DNA from: an uncultured Thermoplasmatales archaeon
Lineage (GTDB): Archaea; Thermoplasmatota; E2; UBA202; DSCA01
Assembly (NCBI GenBank): GCA_964514975.1
Contig: CAZESS010000009.1
Location: 944-64,943, forward strand
Direction: 5' to 3'
DNA: 64,000 nt
The translations under genes and the position numbers were made by a program. Below the pieces are notes generated by a model. That model was not told the DNA's origin, did not search any database, and saw only the letters and a list, made by a program, of their open reading frames with translations. Within the stretch, counting starts at the first letter, position 1. Each line of letters starts with the position of its first letter. Below are positions 1 through 8,904 of the stretch, one piece after another.

Positions 1-1
1 G

Positions 2-1444
2 CTGCTGTATCCCTTCTCTACCGCTCATAGCAGCATCTCCGGAACCAGCCCGGTCAGTGGTGCAACCTATGACGGCGCTCCGGCTGATTTCTATTTCTTC
101 GATACCTCTTCGCTCCGTCTGGGCCTGTTCATGGGAAACCCCTCTGGAGACGGCCTGATGGACGAGACCGATATTGGAACCATCAACGACATAATATGGT
201 ATAACCCGCAAGGTGGTCTTACGCCCTGGGGCTATGCTGCGGATGTCGTTGCCAACCCTGCGGAGGATCCATACGTGGAGGACGAGGTCTTCGGCAACTA
301 TCCCGGGGCCGGCGTCCTCTGGGTGACCCCCGAGATGTCCTACACGAAAAACCCGCCTGAATCAGATTTCGGCAACGACACCACCCCCGGCTTCGGCTGG
401 GAGGTCCGCCGCTACGTGCTCCATCAGACCGACATCGCGCAGCCCTCAGTCAGATGGCGCCAGGATTCCATTGCGGACAACACCACCGTGAACACCAGCG
501 AAAACATCACGTTCAAATGGGAGGTCAACGGCTGCATGGTCGTTGATAACACCTCCATCCGGTGGGGCACCGACCCCGACCCCGTCAACAACTCGGATTT
601 CTCGGCCGCGCCGCATACCGAGCATGCAGGCGACTATGTCGGCGGCAGCGGATGGGACAACGCCAGCGACGGCGTGAAAGCGGGGACGGTGTACACGGAG
701 AACATCACCATCGACACGCCGGGAACGTATTACTTCGTGGCGAAGGCCAAGGTAGACCAGATATATAACCAAACCCTGGCTCCATATGAATACGGTGACA
801 CCCCCTATCTCCGGCTGATCAAGGAACGGGTCAATGCATCCTACTACGAGGTCATCAACGGCACTGACGGCCTCGAGGAAATAAACGGCCAGTTCTGGTG
901 GCACAGCCCCGTCGTCAAGGTCGTGGTGGGGTCGTCGACGGTATCCAACGAGTACAATTTATCTGCGGGCTGGAATCTTGTCACGGTGCCCGTCGCCAAT
1001 GATTTCAATGCGAGCTCGCTCGGGCAGAGCATGCCGAACTGTGAGATCGTGGCCTACTGGAACGCCTCGGCGGGGATGTTTGAGTCCTATGTCGTGGGTG
1101 TGACACCTGGCTCTGGTTTTCCGATACGGGACGGCGTTGGCTACTTTGTGTATGCGAACGCATCATTATCGTTTTCGGTGACGGGCGCTCCATTGTCGAG
1201 CGTCGCCGTTGACCTGTACCAGGGATGGAACACGATCGGCTGGTTTGATGCTGATGCGACGAATGCATCTTCGCTGGCCTCGTCGGTGCCAAATTGTAGC
1301 ATCGCCGCCTACTGGGATGCGTCGAGCGGCACGTTTGAGTCCTACACGGTCGGTGTGACGCCGCCGCCGGGCTTTGCTGTCAGCAGGGGCATGGGTGTGT
1401 TCGTCTATGTCACCTCGCCGGGCACGTGGACCGGGCAGGGATAG
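2..1444 (+). CDS. Secreted, glycosylation-rich surface protein, 5' partial (reading frame open to the window edge); C-terminal tandem ~75-aa GWN-type domains
   Basis: The frame stays open upstream of the first ATG (131) to position 2. It has more than 15 N-x-S/T sequons. The C-terminus carries two copies of a domain (GWNLVTVP...NCEIVAYWNASAGMFESYVVGVTP...GVGYFVY / GWNTIGWF...NCSIAAYWDASSGTFESYTVGVTPP...GMGVFVYV). The same pair occurs at the end of the next ORF. Confidence 0.6.
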   Translation: MLYPFSTAHSSISGTSPVSGATYDGAPADFYFFDTSSLRLGLFMGNPSGDGLMDETDIGTINDIIWYNPQGGLTPWGYAADVVANPAEDPYVEDEVFGNYPGAGVLWVTPEMSYTKNPPESDFGNDTTPGFGWEVRRYVLHQTDIAQPSVRWRQDSIADNTTVNTSENITFKWEVNGCMVVDNTSIRWGTDPDPVNNSDFSAAPHTEHAGDYVGGSGWDNASDGVKAGTVYTENITIDTPGTYYFVAKAKVDQIYNQTLAPYEYGDTPYLRLIKERVNASYYEVINGTDGLEEINGQFWWHSPVVKVVVGSSTVSNEYNLSAGWNLVTVPVANDFNASSLGQSMPNCEIVAYWNASAGMFESYVVGVTPGSGFPIRDGVGYFVYANASLSFSVTGAPLSSVAVDLYQGWNTIGWFDADATNASSLASSVPNCSIAAYWDASSGTFESYTVGVTPPPGFAVSRGMGVFVYVTSPGTWTGQG

Positions 1445-1575
1445 CCCGGGCGTGGCCGCGTCATCGAGTGCAGTAAGGTTGACCCTAGCCGTTCCTGGCA
1501 CGTGAGCGTAGGTGCTGTGAGGCATGCTAGCAATATATACATAAGCTATAAATAGGTAATTTTGCTCTGTGAATC

Positions 1576-4500
1576 ATGAGGTCATCTACTTTTTTAAAGG
1601 TGGCGGCGGTATGTGTGACTGGCCTGCTGATGGTTGCTGCCGTACCCGTGACGGTATACGGCGAAGCCGAGGAGAACAACCCACATAGAACACTGCTTCC
1701 ATCATCCAGTGAACTACGGACGCTGACATACGTGATGTCGTTCAAGGAGCCGGCGCTGTCGACGCGATCCATCGAAGGGCAGATGTTCTCTGCCATCAGG
1801 ATGGATGGCTGCATGAACGTCGGTGAGACTGGCGCTCCGGCGCTGCCGGTTTACACCACGAATATCCTGTTGCCGCAGGGGGCCACGTTTGACGGGGTGC
1901 ATGTTGCGGGGACGCGGAGCATGGTGAACACGCGTGACATCAACCTGGCAGCCACGCCGATCATGCCGCAGCAGCCCATGGTGCCCATTGGAAGCGGTGA
2001 CGCTGAGTTCACGATAAACCAGGAGGCGTATGATGCTGATGAGCCGGTGCGTGACAGCCGGTATCGGGTGGTTGGCGTCGAGCATAGCCGTGGCTACACG
2101 ATATTGACGTTGAACGTGTTTCCGGTTGAGTATGTGCCGGCGGGCGGGATGTTGCATTATCATCCCCGGATGGTTATCGACGTGTCGGTGGAGCAGACCG
2201 GCGAAACCAATCGGTTTTATCGGAACAATCCGGATGACAGGGCATGGGTGGAAAACCTGGTGCTCAACCCCGGTATGACGGATACCTACACGATGCGTTC
2301 GTCCCGCAGCTATCCGGGCGGTATCTGCGACCCGGCTGACAGCTACGACTACGTCATCATCACCACCACGCATAATGGCCTGGATGGCTGGGCGACGGAC
2401 AGCACGACGCCCTACAACTGGACGAGCCTGATGGACAAGCATCAAACAGAAAACGGGCTCGCATGTACCCTGGGGACAATGCAGGATATCAATGCCGAGC
2501 CGGCATACTGGAACACGACGGCTCTGTTTAACGACACCGCGGCGCACATCAGGGAGTTCTGCCGCGACGCCTACCAGGACTGGGGCATCCAGTACGTGCT
2601 CGTCGGCGGCGATGACGAATGGATACCCCGCCGGGAGCTCCACTACGGTACGGGATGGACCGAGGAAGACATCGACTCCGACCTGTACTGGAGCAACCTC
2701 GACAAGACATTCAACGCGGACCAGGACAACGAATGGGGCGAATACGAGGGAGACCTCGGCTTCGACCTATTCTCCGAGCTTTTCATCGGATCGCTTTCAT
2801 GCGACGAGCCACAGGATGTCTCCAACTGGATGAAAAAGAGCTTCTATTATGCGGATGCGGTGGATAAGGATTATCTCGACAATGCGGCATTCTACGGCGG
2901 CAACACCGGCTGGGCATGCCAGGGCGACGACTTCATCGACTACAGCGCCATCCAGGGCACCGACGACTGGCTCGGCCCAAGCCCCCACGCCGACGGCCCC
3001 TATCCATCCTGGCTGGGCTTCCAGTACGGGTTCGAAACATGGAACACACACAACCCGGTGCAGCAGTTCAATCTCTCCGTGAAATGGACGGCTGAGCCGC
3101 CGAATCCCGGCTGGCAGGGCGGCAGCGAAACCGCGGCTATCAATGGTCTCAAAAATGATATCAGCAACGACCAGGTGACATTGATATCCGGTATCGCCCA
3201 TGCCGACTCCGGCATGTCGCTGGACGTGTATGACAGCAGCTGGGAATCTGATTATCACAACACCAAGCCGTTTTTCATCCATGACTATGGCTGCCACTGT
3301 GGCGACATGGACGCCGCCGACGACGGCGTATTGCATTCGATGCTGTTTCATTCTGACACGGAGCTTGCCTTCGCCTGCGTCTACAACACGGGCTACGGCT
3401 GGGGGAACTCCGACGGCACAAACTCGAGCAGCGCCCTGCAACAAAAAAGCTTCTGGGATTACATGTTCGACACCACGAACCATTCGGGCTCCACGATAAA
3501 CTGGCAGCTCGGCAAGGCCCACGCCTGGTCCAAGGACTACATGGCCCCGACCATCAACTGGACGACATCCGGTTCCCCCCAGGGATGGCGCGGTGTCATC
3601 CAGTGCTGCCTGCTATTTGGTGACCCGGCGCAGCGTATCAAGCCCCCGTTGCAGCCCGACCACGAAATCATCGTCAACAATCTCGACATCCCCGCAACCG
3701 TTCCGCACGGCCAAACACAGTATGTCGAAGCAAACGTGGTCAACGCCGGGAAGAACAACGAGAGCAACCTGCAGGTCAACTTCACCGTCAACGGTACCAT
3801 TGTCAACAGCACCACCATTAGCTCGCTGCCGAAGCTGACGTCGCAGCAGGTGAGCTTTGCCTGGAACCCCGACAACGGGACATACGTGGTGGGCATCGAG
3901 GTCGACGTGGTGCCCGGCGAGAATTTCACCTTCAACAACCAGATGAACAAAACAGTTGACGTGATACCGGTTCCCGACATATGGACGTCGCCGCCCGCCC
4001 TCGACTTCTATGTTGACACCGGGGACACCGACACGGCTGTCCTCACCATAGGAAACGAGGCACACGCCGAGGCAGATCTCACCTTCAACGCATCAATCTC
4101 CGGCGTCAGCGGCTGGCTGTCCGTTGCTCCGATGAGCGGCACCGTGCCGGTCGGCACCTCTATGCCCCTCGATGTCACCGTCGACGCCACCGGCATGGCC
4201 GAGGGCACATACCTGGACACCATCATCATCACCTGTAACGACCTCGACGAACCCGCGCTCGCCATCCCGGTCACGCTGTACGTCACCTACCCCAACGACG
4301 TCGGCGTCACACACATTAATAACCCGGGCAACCCGGACTGGGCCGGCAGCACCATCGTCAATGCGACGGTGTTCAACTTCGGCAGCCAGGACCAGGCAGC
4401 CGTCCCGGTCACCTGCACCATTTACGAGGGCATCCTGGAATACACCGAGGACTTCGAGCTCGACGACGGCGGATACACCCACAGCCAGGGTTCCGGCCCC

Positions 4501-5685
4501 GGAAGTATCGACGACTGGGAATGGGGCACGCCGACATCGGGGCCATACAGCGCACATTCCGGCGTCAACGTATGGGCGACACACATCGCGGGAGACCACA
4601 GCAACAGCGCAGACAGCGTGCTGAACTCGGTCAGCGTCGACCTGAGCCTGTACCCCCTGCCCGAGCTCCGGTTCTGGCACTGGGCGGATGTCACCCAGTA
4701 TGACTGTGGCAACGTGAAGATTTCGACGGATGGCGGCAGCACATGGAATATTCTCTACCCTCAGGGAGGATACACGGGCACGGCGACGAGCGGCAACCAG
4801 GGCATCCCCGGTGAGCCGGCTTTCACAACAAACACTGCAGGGTGGGAAGAGGTCATCTTCGATTTAGATGCCTACGCCAGCGATACCGTCATTATCCGGT
4901 GGCATTTCGGGTCGACCTCCGGCACCACGCACCCCGGATGGTATCTAGACGATGTAACGATACGATCAGGACTGGCTCCGCTGGACACGGGTGACATTAT
5001 CTACAGCGCCACCGAAACGATATCCGTGGATTCATACACGGCATCCTACGCCCTGTTTACACCTCCATGGGATGCAGCCGTTGGAAACTACACGATACAG
5101 GTCGGTACACAGCTCCCCGGTGACCAGGACAACGGCAACAACCAAACCGCGACCACCGTACAAATAATGGAGCCGCCCATCACCACGGTCGACTTCCAAC
5201 TGTCCGAGGGCTGGAATCTCATATCCATTCCCATAGAAAACAACTACACCGCCGGCACGCTGGGTGAAAACATTTCAGGCTGCAGCATTGTCAGCCGATG
5301 GAACGCAGGTACATTCGAATCCTTTGTGGTCGGCATATCCTCACCATCGGCGGATTTCCCCGTACAAAACGGGGTGGGATACTTCGCCTATGTAGACAAT
5401 GCCACTGAGTTTAACGTAACAGGGCAACCGATACCCAGCGTATCCGTCCCGCTCTACCAGGGCTGGAACATCATCGGATGGTACAAGGGCGCATCTACCA
5501 TGGCGAGCAGCCTCGGCGGCAGCATAGCCAATTGTAGCATCGTCAGCAAATGGAACGCCGCCACCAGTACTTTTGCCTCCTACCTCGTGGGCGTGTCACC
5601 GCCAGCCATGGACTTCCTCATCATCCAGGGAGACGGTGTGTTCCTCTACGTCGACGAAAACGGCACCTGGCGCGGAGAAGGATAA
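1576..5685 (+). CDS. Large secreted peptidase C25 (gingipain)-like protein with CARDB-like adhesion domains and the C-terminal tandem GWN-type domains (1369 aa)
   Basis: It has a Sec signal peptide (MRSSTFLKVAAVCVTGLLMVAAVPVTVYG). The segment YDYVIITT...AAHIREFCRDAYQDWGIQYVLVGGDDEWIP resembles the C25 propeptide/catalytic region. CARDB-like blocks are present (VEANVVNAGKNNESNLQVNFTVNG...). The tandem C-terminal domain is shared with ORF 2..1444. N-glycosylation sequons are abundant. Confidence 0.6.
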   Translation: MRSSTFLKVAAVCVTGLLMVAAVPVTVYGEAEENNPHRTLLPSSSELRTLTYVMSFKEPALSTRSIEGQMFSAIRMDGCMNVGETGAPALPVYTTNILLPQGATFDGVHVAGTRSMVNTRDINLAATPIMPQQPMVPIGSGDAEFTINQEAYDADEPVRDSRYRVVGVEHSRGYTILTLNVFPVEYVPAGGMLHYHPRMVIDVSVEQTGETNRFYRNNPDDRAWVENLVLNPGMTDTYTMRSSRSYPGGICDPADSYDYVIITTTHNGLDGWATDSTTPYNWTSLMDKHQTENGLACTLGTMQDINAEPAYWNTTALFNDTAAHIREFCRDAYQDWGIQYVLVGGDDEWIPRRELHYGTGWTEEDIDSDLYWSNLDKTFNADQDNEWGEYEGDLGFDLFSELFIGSLSCDEPQDVSNWMKKSFYYADAVDKDYLDNAAFYGGNTGWACQGDDFIDYSAIQGTDDWLGPSPHADGPYPSWLGFQYGFETWNTHNPVQQFNLSVKWTAEPPNPGWQGGSETAAINGLKNDISNDQVTLISGIAHADSGMSLDVYDSSWESDYHNTKPFFIHDYGCHCGDMDAADDGVLHSMLFHSDTELAFACVYNTGYGWGNSDGTNSSSALQQKSFWDYMFDTTNHSGSTINWQLGKAHAWSKDYMAPTINWTTSGSPQGWRGVIQCCLLFGDPAQRIKPPLQPDHEIIVNNLDIPATVPHGQTQYVEANVVNAGKNNESNLQVNFTVNGTIVNSTTISSLPKLTSQQVSFAWNPDNGTYVVGIEVDVVPGENFTFNNQMNKTVDVIPVPDIWTSPPALDFYVDTGDTDTAVLTIGNEAHAEADLTFNASISGVSGWLSVAPMSGTVPVGTSMPLDVTVDATGMAEGTYLDTIIITCNDLDEPALAIPVTLYVTYPNDVGVTHINNPGNPDWAGSTIVNATVFNFGSQDQAAVPVTCTIYEGILEYTEDFELDDGGYTHSQGSGPGSIDDWEWGTPTSGPYSAHSGVNVWATHIAGDHSNSADSVLNSVSVDLSLYPLPELRFWHWADVTQYDCGNVKISTDGGSTWNILYPQGGYTGTATSGNQGIPGEPAFTTNTAGWEEVIFDLDAYASDTVIIRWHFGSTSGTTHPGWYLDDVTIRSGLAPLDTGDIIYSATETISVDSYTASYALFTPPWDAAVGNYTIQVGTQLPGDQDNGNNQTATTVQIMEPPITTVDFQLSEGWNLISIPIENNYTAGTLGENISGCSIVSRWNAGTFESFVVGISSPSADFPVQNGVGYFAYVDNATEFNVTGQPIPSVSVPLYQGWNIIGWYKGASTMASSLGGSIANCSIVSKWNAATSTFASYLVGVSPPAMDFLIIQGDGVFLYVDENGTWRGEG

Positions 5686-5845
5686 GCACCCCTCTTTCCC
5701 CTTTTTTATTCTATTCAGTTCGTCATTACGATTGATACCTGTTCCCGTTATTTTGTAAACTATCATGGTTTCGGTGAGATTGTGGCCCCGCGACTGGAAT
5801 GGAGATATCGGAATAATTAGTGATATACTATTTTGCAAATGCGAA

Positions 5846-5859
5846 ATATATAAATATAG
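5846..5859 (+). promoter_or_regulatory. Candidate archaeal TATA box (atatataaatata) flanked by an imperfect inverted repeat, upstream of the pilin-like operon
   Basis: It is an AT-rich element about 30 nt upstream of ATG 5888. TTGCAAATGC (5833-5842) and GCATTTGTAA (5866-5875) form a 9/10 inverted repeat around it. Confidence 0.4.
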
Positions 5860-5887
5860 AAAATAGCATTTGTAATGCGGGTGAAAC

Positions 5888-6346
5888 ATGCATTGCTTTT
5901 TGGAAGATCAGCGAGGCATTGAAGGCCTGCCCATGAAGCTGATCATCATCGTGGTGATTGCCGGGGCCGTGCTGGCGGCGGTGCTGATGATGATACCCGA
6001 GGGAACCGGTACATTAAACGCCGAATGCATTTCTGTCGATGGCAACAGCGGACATCTCAAGACGGTATCTGCCGCATCGGGAGAGATATCGGTCGGCAGC
6101 TTTGACGTCACCGTACAAGTAACCGACGGCGACGGCGACCCGGTCGCCGATGCAGATGTTACGCTCATCGGAGCGAACGGAGCGGGAGCCGGCAAAACCG
6201 GGGGAGACGGAGAGGTAACGGTTACGGTACAAAATGCCAGACTGGACACCAACGAAGAAAAGGACTATGTGAGCGTCGAGGTGACCGCATCAGGGCACCA
6301 CAGCTACGAAGAAGAGCAGTTTGTCGTGATTGCCAGAACCGGATAA
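5888..6346 (+). CDS. Type IV pilin-like protein with class III signal peptide (DQRG|IEGLPMKLIIIVVIAGAVLAAVLMMI) and a beta-rich Gly/Asp/Thr-rich domain
   Basis: It has the D-x-R-G motif followed by a hydrophobic helix. The globular part is rich in D/G/T/V (GDGDPVADADVTLIGANGAGAGKTGGDGEVTVTV). It is the first gene of a co-directional operon. Confidence 0.55.
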   Translation: MHCFLEDQRGIEGLPMKLIIIVVIAGAVLAAVLMMIPEGTGTLNAECISVDGNSGHLKTVSAASGEISVGSFDVTVQVTDGDGDPVADADVTLIGANGAGAGKTGGDGEVTVTVQNARLDTNEEKDYVSVEVTASGHHSYEEEQFVVIARTG

Positions 6347-6349
6347 CCC

Positions 6350-6769
6350 ATGCCCACCTTTTTATCCGATGCCCGGGGCGTGCTCGGTCTGCCGCTGCGA
6401 ATGGTCGTCGCGTTGATAATAGGCGGCGCGGCGCTCGGCACGGTCACCTATTACACGGCGATGCACTGCTGGACGCCTGGACACCTCAAAGTGGCCTATG
6501 AACCAGACGTGGTGGAAGAAGGACCCACGTCGATTACGGTCACAGTCAACGATGCCGACGGCACCCCGGTGCAGGATGCCTCCGTGGCCGTAACGGGGCT
6601 TGGGGCAGGCGGGGGCAACACGACGAACGCCGAGGGCACAGCAGTGATCAGGGTCACATCTCAACTTCCGGACGGTCGACGCGAAGGATATCTTGATATC
6701 ATGGTAACGGCGACCGGCTGCTACAAACAATACAGCCAGGATGACGCGATAAAAGTTGTGAAAGGATAA
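6350..6769 (+). CDS. Type IV pilin-like protein, paralog of the previous gene (DARG|VLGLPLRMVVALIIGGAALGTV)
   Basis: It has the same N-terminal architecture and the same D/G/T-rich domain (TVNDADGTPVQDASVAVTGLGAGGGNTTNAEGTAVIRV). A 3-nt gap separates it from the upstream gene. Confidence 0.55.
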   Translation: MPTFLSDARGVLGLPLRMVVALIIGGAALGTVTYYTAMHCWTPGHLKVAYEPDVVEEGPTSITVTVNDADGTPVQDASVAVTGLGAGGGNTTNAEGTAVIRVTSQLPDGRREGYLDIMVTATGCYKQYSQDDAIKVVKG

Positions 6770-6770
6770 C

Positions 6771-7415
6771 ATGGACATCGGTTTCGGGAAAAAGGAAAAT
6801 CGGGCGGACGACAGGCAAGACATGGACATCGGCGATATGCGCGGGTCGCTGCGTAAACTGGAGCAAACGATCGAAAGCCTGAGCACACGCCTCGACGCCG
6901 TCGAGCGGCGGCTATCAGACATGGATTTCGAAGGACCGGTTGTGATGGACACCGAAAACAGGCCATCGCCACACCCCAGCATCCGGCAGCTATCCAAAAA
7001 AATAAACAGTGAGATAACGCAGCTGCAGCAGGAACTACAGGAGATAAAACGGGCACAGGCAGATACACACCAACCAGGCAAGGCAGGCCAGCAGTCGAGC
7101 GCATCGCCGACCGTGATCCCCGCAGGAAAAAACAACCGGGGAGGCAGCGATGCGCACAGAAAAAAAGTGGCGGAGCTTGAACGAAAAATGGAAGTGCTGG
7201 AAGGACAAAAGGCAACCGTTCAGGTCGGGCGGATAGAGATACCTCTCGAAATCTCTGGTATCGTCGGCGGGATGCTGGCGTTTCTCATTGCAGCGCTGCT
7301 ATTTCAGGGACATAGAGGCCTGGTTGCATCTCCTGCATTTGTCGCATCTCTCGGCGTTTTACTGGTTATCGCAGCCGCATGTAAAACCTATCTTGTCAAC
7401 GTGGCACAACGATGA
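6771..7415 (+). CDS. Coiled-coil protein with two C-terminal transmembrane helices (tail-anchored), operon member
   Basis: The central part is heptad-like and charged (LRKLEQTIESLSTRLDAVERRLSDM...QLQQELQEIKRAQ). The C-terminus is hydrophobic (IVGGMLAFLIAALLF...LGVLLVIAAA). A 1-nt gap separates it from the upstream gene. Confidence 0.5.
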   Translation: MDIGFGKKENRADDRQDMDIGDMRGSLRKLEQTIESLSTRLDAVERRLSDMDFEGPVVMDTENRPSPHPSIRQLSKKINSEITQLQQELQEIKRAQADTHQPGKAGQQSSASPTVIPAGKNNRGGSDAHRKKVAELERKMEVLEGQKATVQVGRIEIPLEISGIVGGMLAFLIAALLFQGHRGLVASPAFVASLGVLLVIAAACKTYLVNVAQR

Positions 7416-7858
7416 CGAACGATATATGGCCGGATGAGACAGGCGCGTTTGAGCTCCCGGTGCAGTACACGGTCGCCATCGTGGCTGCCGCCGTTGCCGT
7501 CGCGCTCGTCAGCATTGCCGGCTATCACCTATGGCAGGACATGCAGACGAGGCATGCGGTACGAGAAGTGGAACGCATCGTAGATATGGCAACCATGATG
7601 TATGCCAACGCAGATGTGGGCACCGCTCGAACCATTAGTGTTGACTTTCCCGAGGGAATGAAAAAAGCGGGCTTTGGCTCCTTCGACCCGCGAAGCGCGA
7701 ACCGCTACTACGTGGTGATGAATTGGGGTGAAAACAACACTTTTTATGCCCGAAATACAAACTTCAGCAGCGGAACCGTCCTCCACGACGGCGTCGACAG
7801 GGTCAGGCTGAAGCTGATAGATGAAGGGGGAAAACATGTTTGTGTCGAGGCTGCTTGA
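7412..7858 (+). CDS. Type IV pilin-like protein (DETG|AFELPVQYTVAIVAAAVAVALVSIAG)
   Basis: It has the class III-like motif plus an N-terminal hydrophobic helix. It overlaps the upstream gene by 4 nt. Confidence 0.5.
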   Translation: MTNDIWPDETGAFELPVQYTVAIVAAAVAVALVSIAGYHLWQDMQTRHAVREVERIVDMATMMYANADVGTARTISVDFPEGMKKAGFGSFDPRSANRYYVVMNWGENNTFYARNTNFSSGTVLHDGVDRVRLKLIDEGGKHVCVEAA

Positions 7859-8432
7859 CGACGAGCGAGGGGCAATCGCCTGGCTCCTCAGCCAGCTCGG
7901 GTTGCTGCTGGCGGCAGGCGTTCTCCTCGGGGCAATCGCCGGTCTGACCTTTTATAGCGATTGGGAAAAACGGGCGGAGGCAAAAAACATCGCATCCGGC
8001 TTTGCCACCGCCATTGAATCCGTTGCCCTGAAAGAGTTTCCAGAAAAAACGACCTACAGGTTTCCGCGCAAGGAGTACCACTACACTGTCGCCCTTTCAA
8101 CCTGCTATGTTGCCGTTAGCAGACCGGGAGGACTTGTCAACGACGACATCATTGCACGGGCGGCGCTGCTCATCCGTCCATGGCCACGTCCGCCAATGGC
8201 AAATGGCACCGGAGCATCCGGAGTGTACACCTTTCTCGGAGGGGGATTCAGGCGCGAAACAAGCATTCCGCGACATGCCTTGAACAGCGTGTTCAACCAT
8301 ACGCGGACGGCGCTTGCATCCCATCCGTATGCCATCGACGTGGACAGGCCCGTGTACATCGAAAAAATATTTATATACACCGGAGAGGGCGCCCATACAA
8401 TCAGGGAGGAATATGTCATCGTTTATCAATGA
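7821..8432 (+). CDS. Type IV pilin-like protein (DERG|AIAWLLSQLGLLLAAGVLLGAIAG)
   Basis: It has the same D-x-R-G and hydrophobic-helix N-terminus. It overlaps the upstream gene; the start could instead be M6 at 7836. Confidence 0.45.
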   Translation: MKGENMFVSRLLDDERGAIAWLLSQLGLLLAAGVLLGAIAGLTFYSDWEKRAEAKNIASGFATAIESVALKEFPEKTTYRFPRKEYHYTVALSTCYVAVSRPGGLVNDDIIARAALLIRPWPRPPMANGTGASGVYTFLGGGFRRETSIPRHALNSVFNHTRTALASHPYAIDVDRPVYIEKIFIYTGEGAHTIREEYVIVYQ

Positions 8433-8901
8433 TAGCCGGGGGATTTCGGAGGAATTCACCTCGCTGCCGGCCCTGGTGGTCGTAATGATAGGGTTTGCGC
8501 TGTTTTTCGCGCTCATCGCCGGCGTGTATCACTCCCATACCGAAAAAATGGAACGCATTGACAGCTACAGGACGGCGAATTTCGTCCTTAAAAGGATAGC
8601 CATGGAAAACGGTTCTCTGGCCCGGGATGGCGTGATGCGGGAGAGCGGCGTGGTCGACAACGACACGTTTCACCGGCTCACGGTGGACAGCCAGCGTATA
8701 CGTGAGGTGGTACAGGAAAGCGATGTCGTCGCCGTGGAGTTTGGGCTGCGGCTGCGTCATGAAAAATCGTGCCATCCGATGAAAACACCCAATATACCCT
8801 CGGACATGGATCGGGTTGCTGCCAGCATGGAGGTACCGGTGTATCTCAATGCGGCCGAGACCGTTCCCGGAGAGCTCACCGTTATCGTGTGGGAGGCATA
8901 A
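8413..8901 (+). CDS. Type IV pilin-like protein (DSRG|ISEEFTSLPALVVVMIGFALFFALIAG)
   Basis: It has the class III-like N-terminus. The start was chosen at an internal ATG of ORF 8314..8901, which overlaps the upstream gene by 20 nt. Confidence 0.45.
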   Translation: MSSFINDSRGISEEFTSLPALVVVMIGFALFFALIAGVYHSHTEKMERIDSYRTANFVLKRIAMENGSLARDGVMRESGVVDNDTFHRLTVDSQRIREVVQESDVVAVEFGLRLRHEKSCHPMKTPNIPSDMDRVAASMEVPVYLNAAETVPGELTVIVWEA

Positions 8902-8904
8902 TCC

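Noticed and set aside
446-5000. Numerous long antisense and off-frame ORFs in the track (for example 446..904 -, 1714..2643 -, 2797..3522 -, 4093..4680 -)
   Set aside because: They lie entirely inside the large, well-supported plus-strand ORFs of a 60% GC genome. They are Arg/Pro/Ala-rich with no motifs, which is the typical GC-rich shadow ORF.
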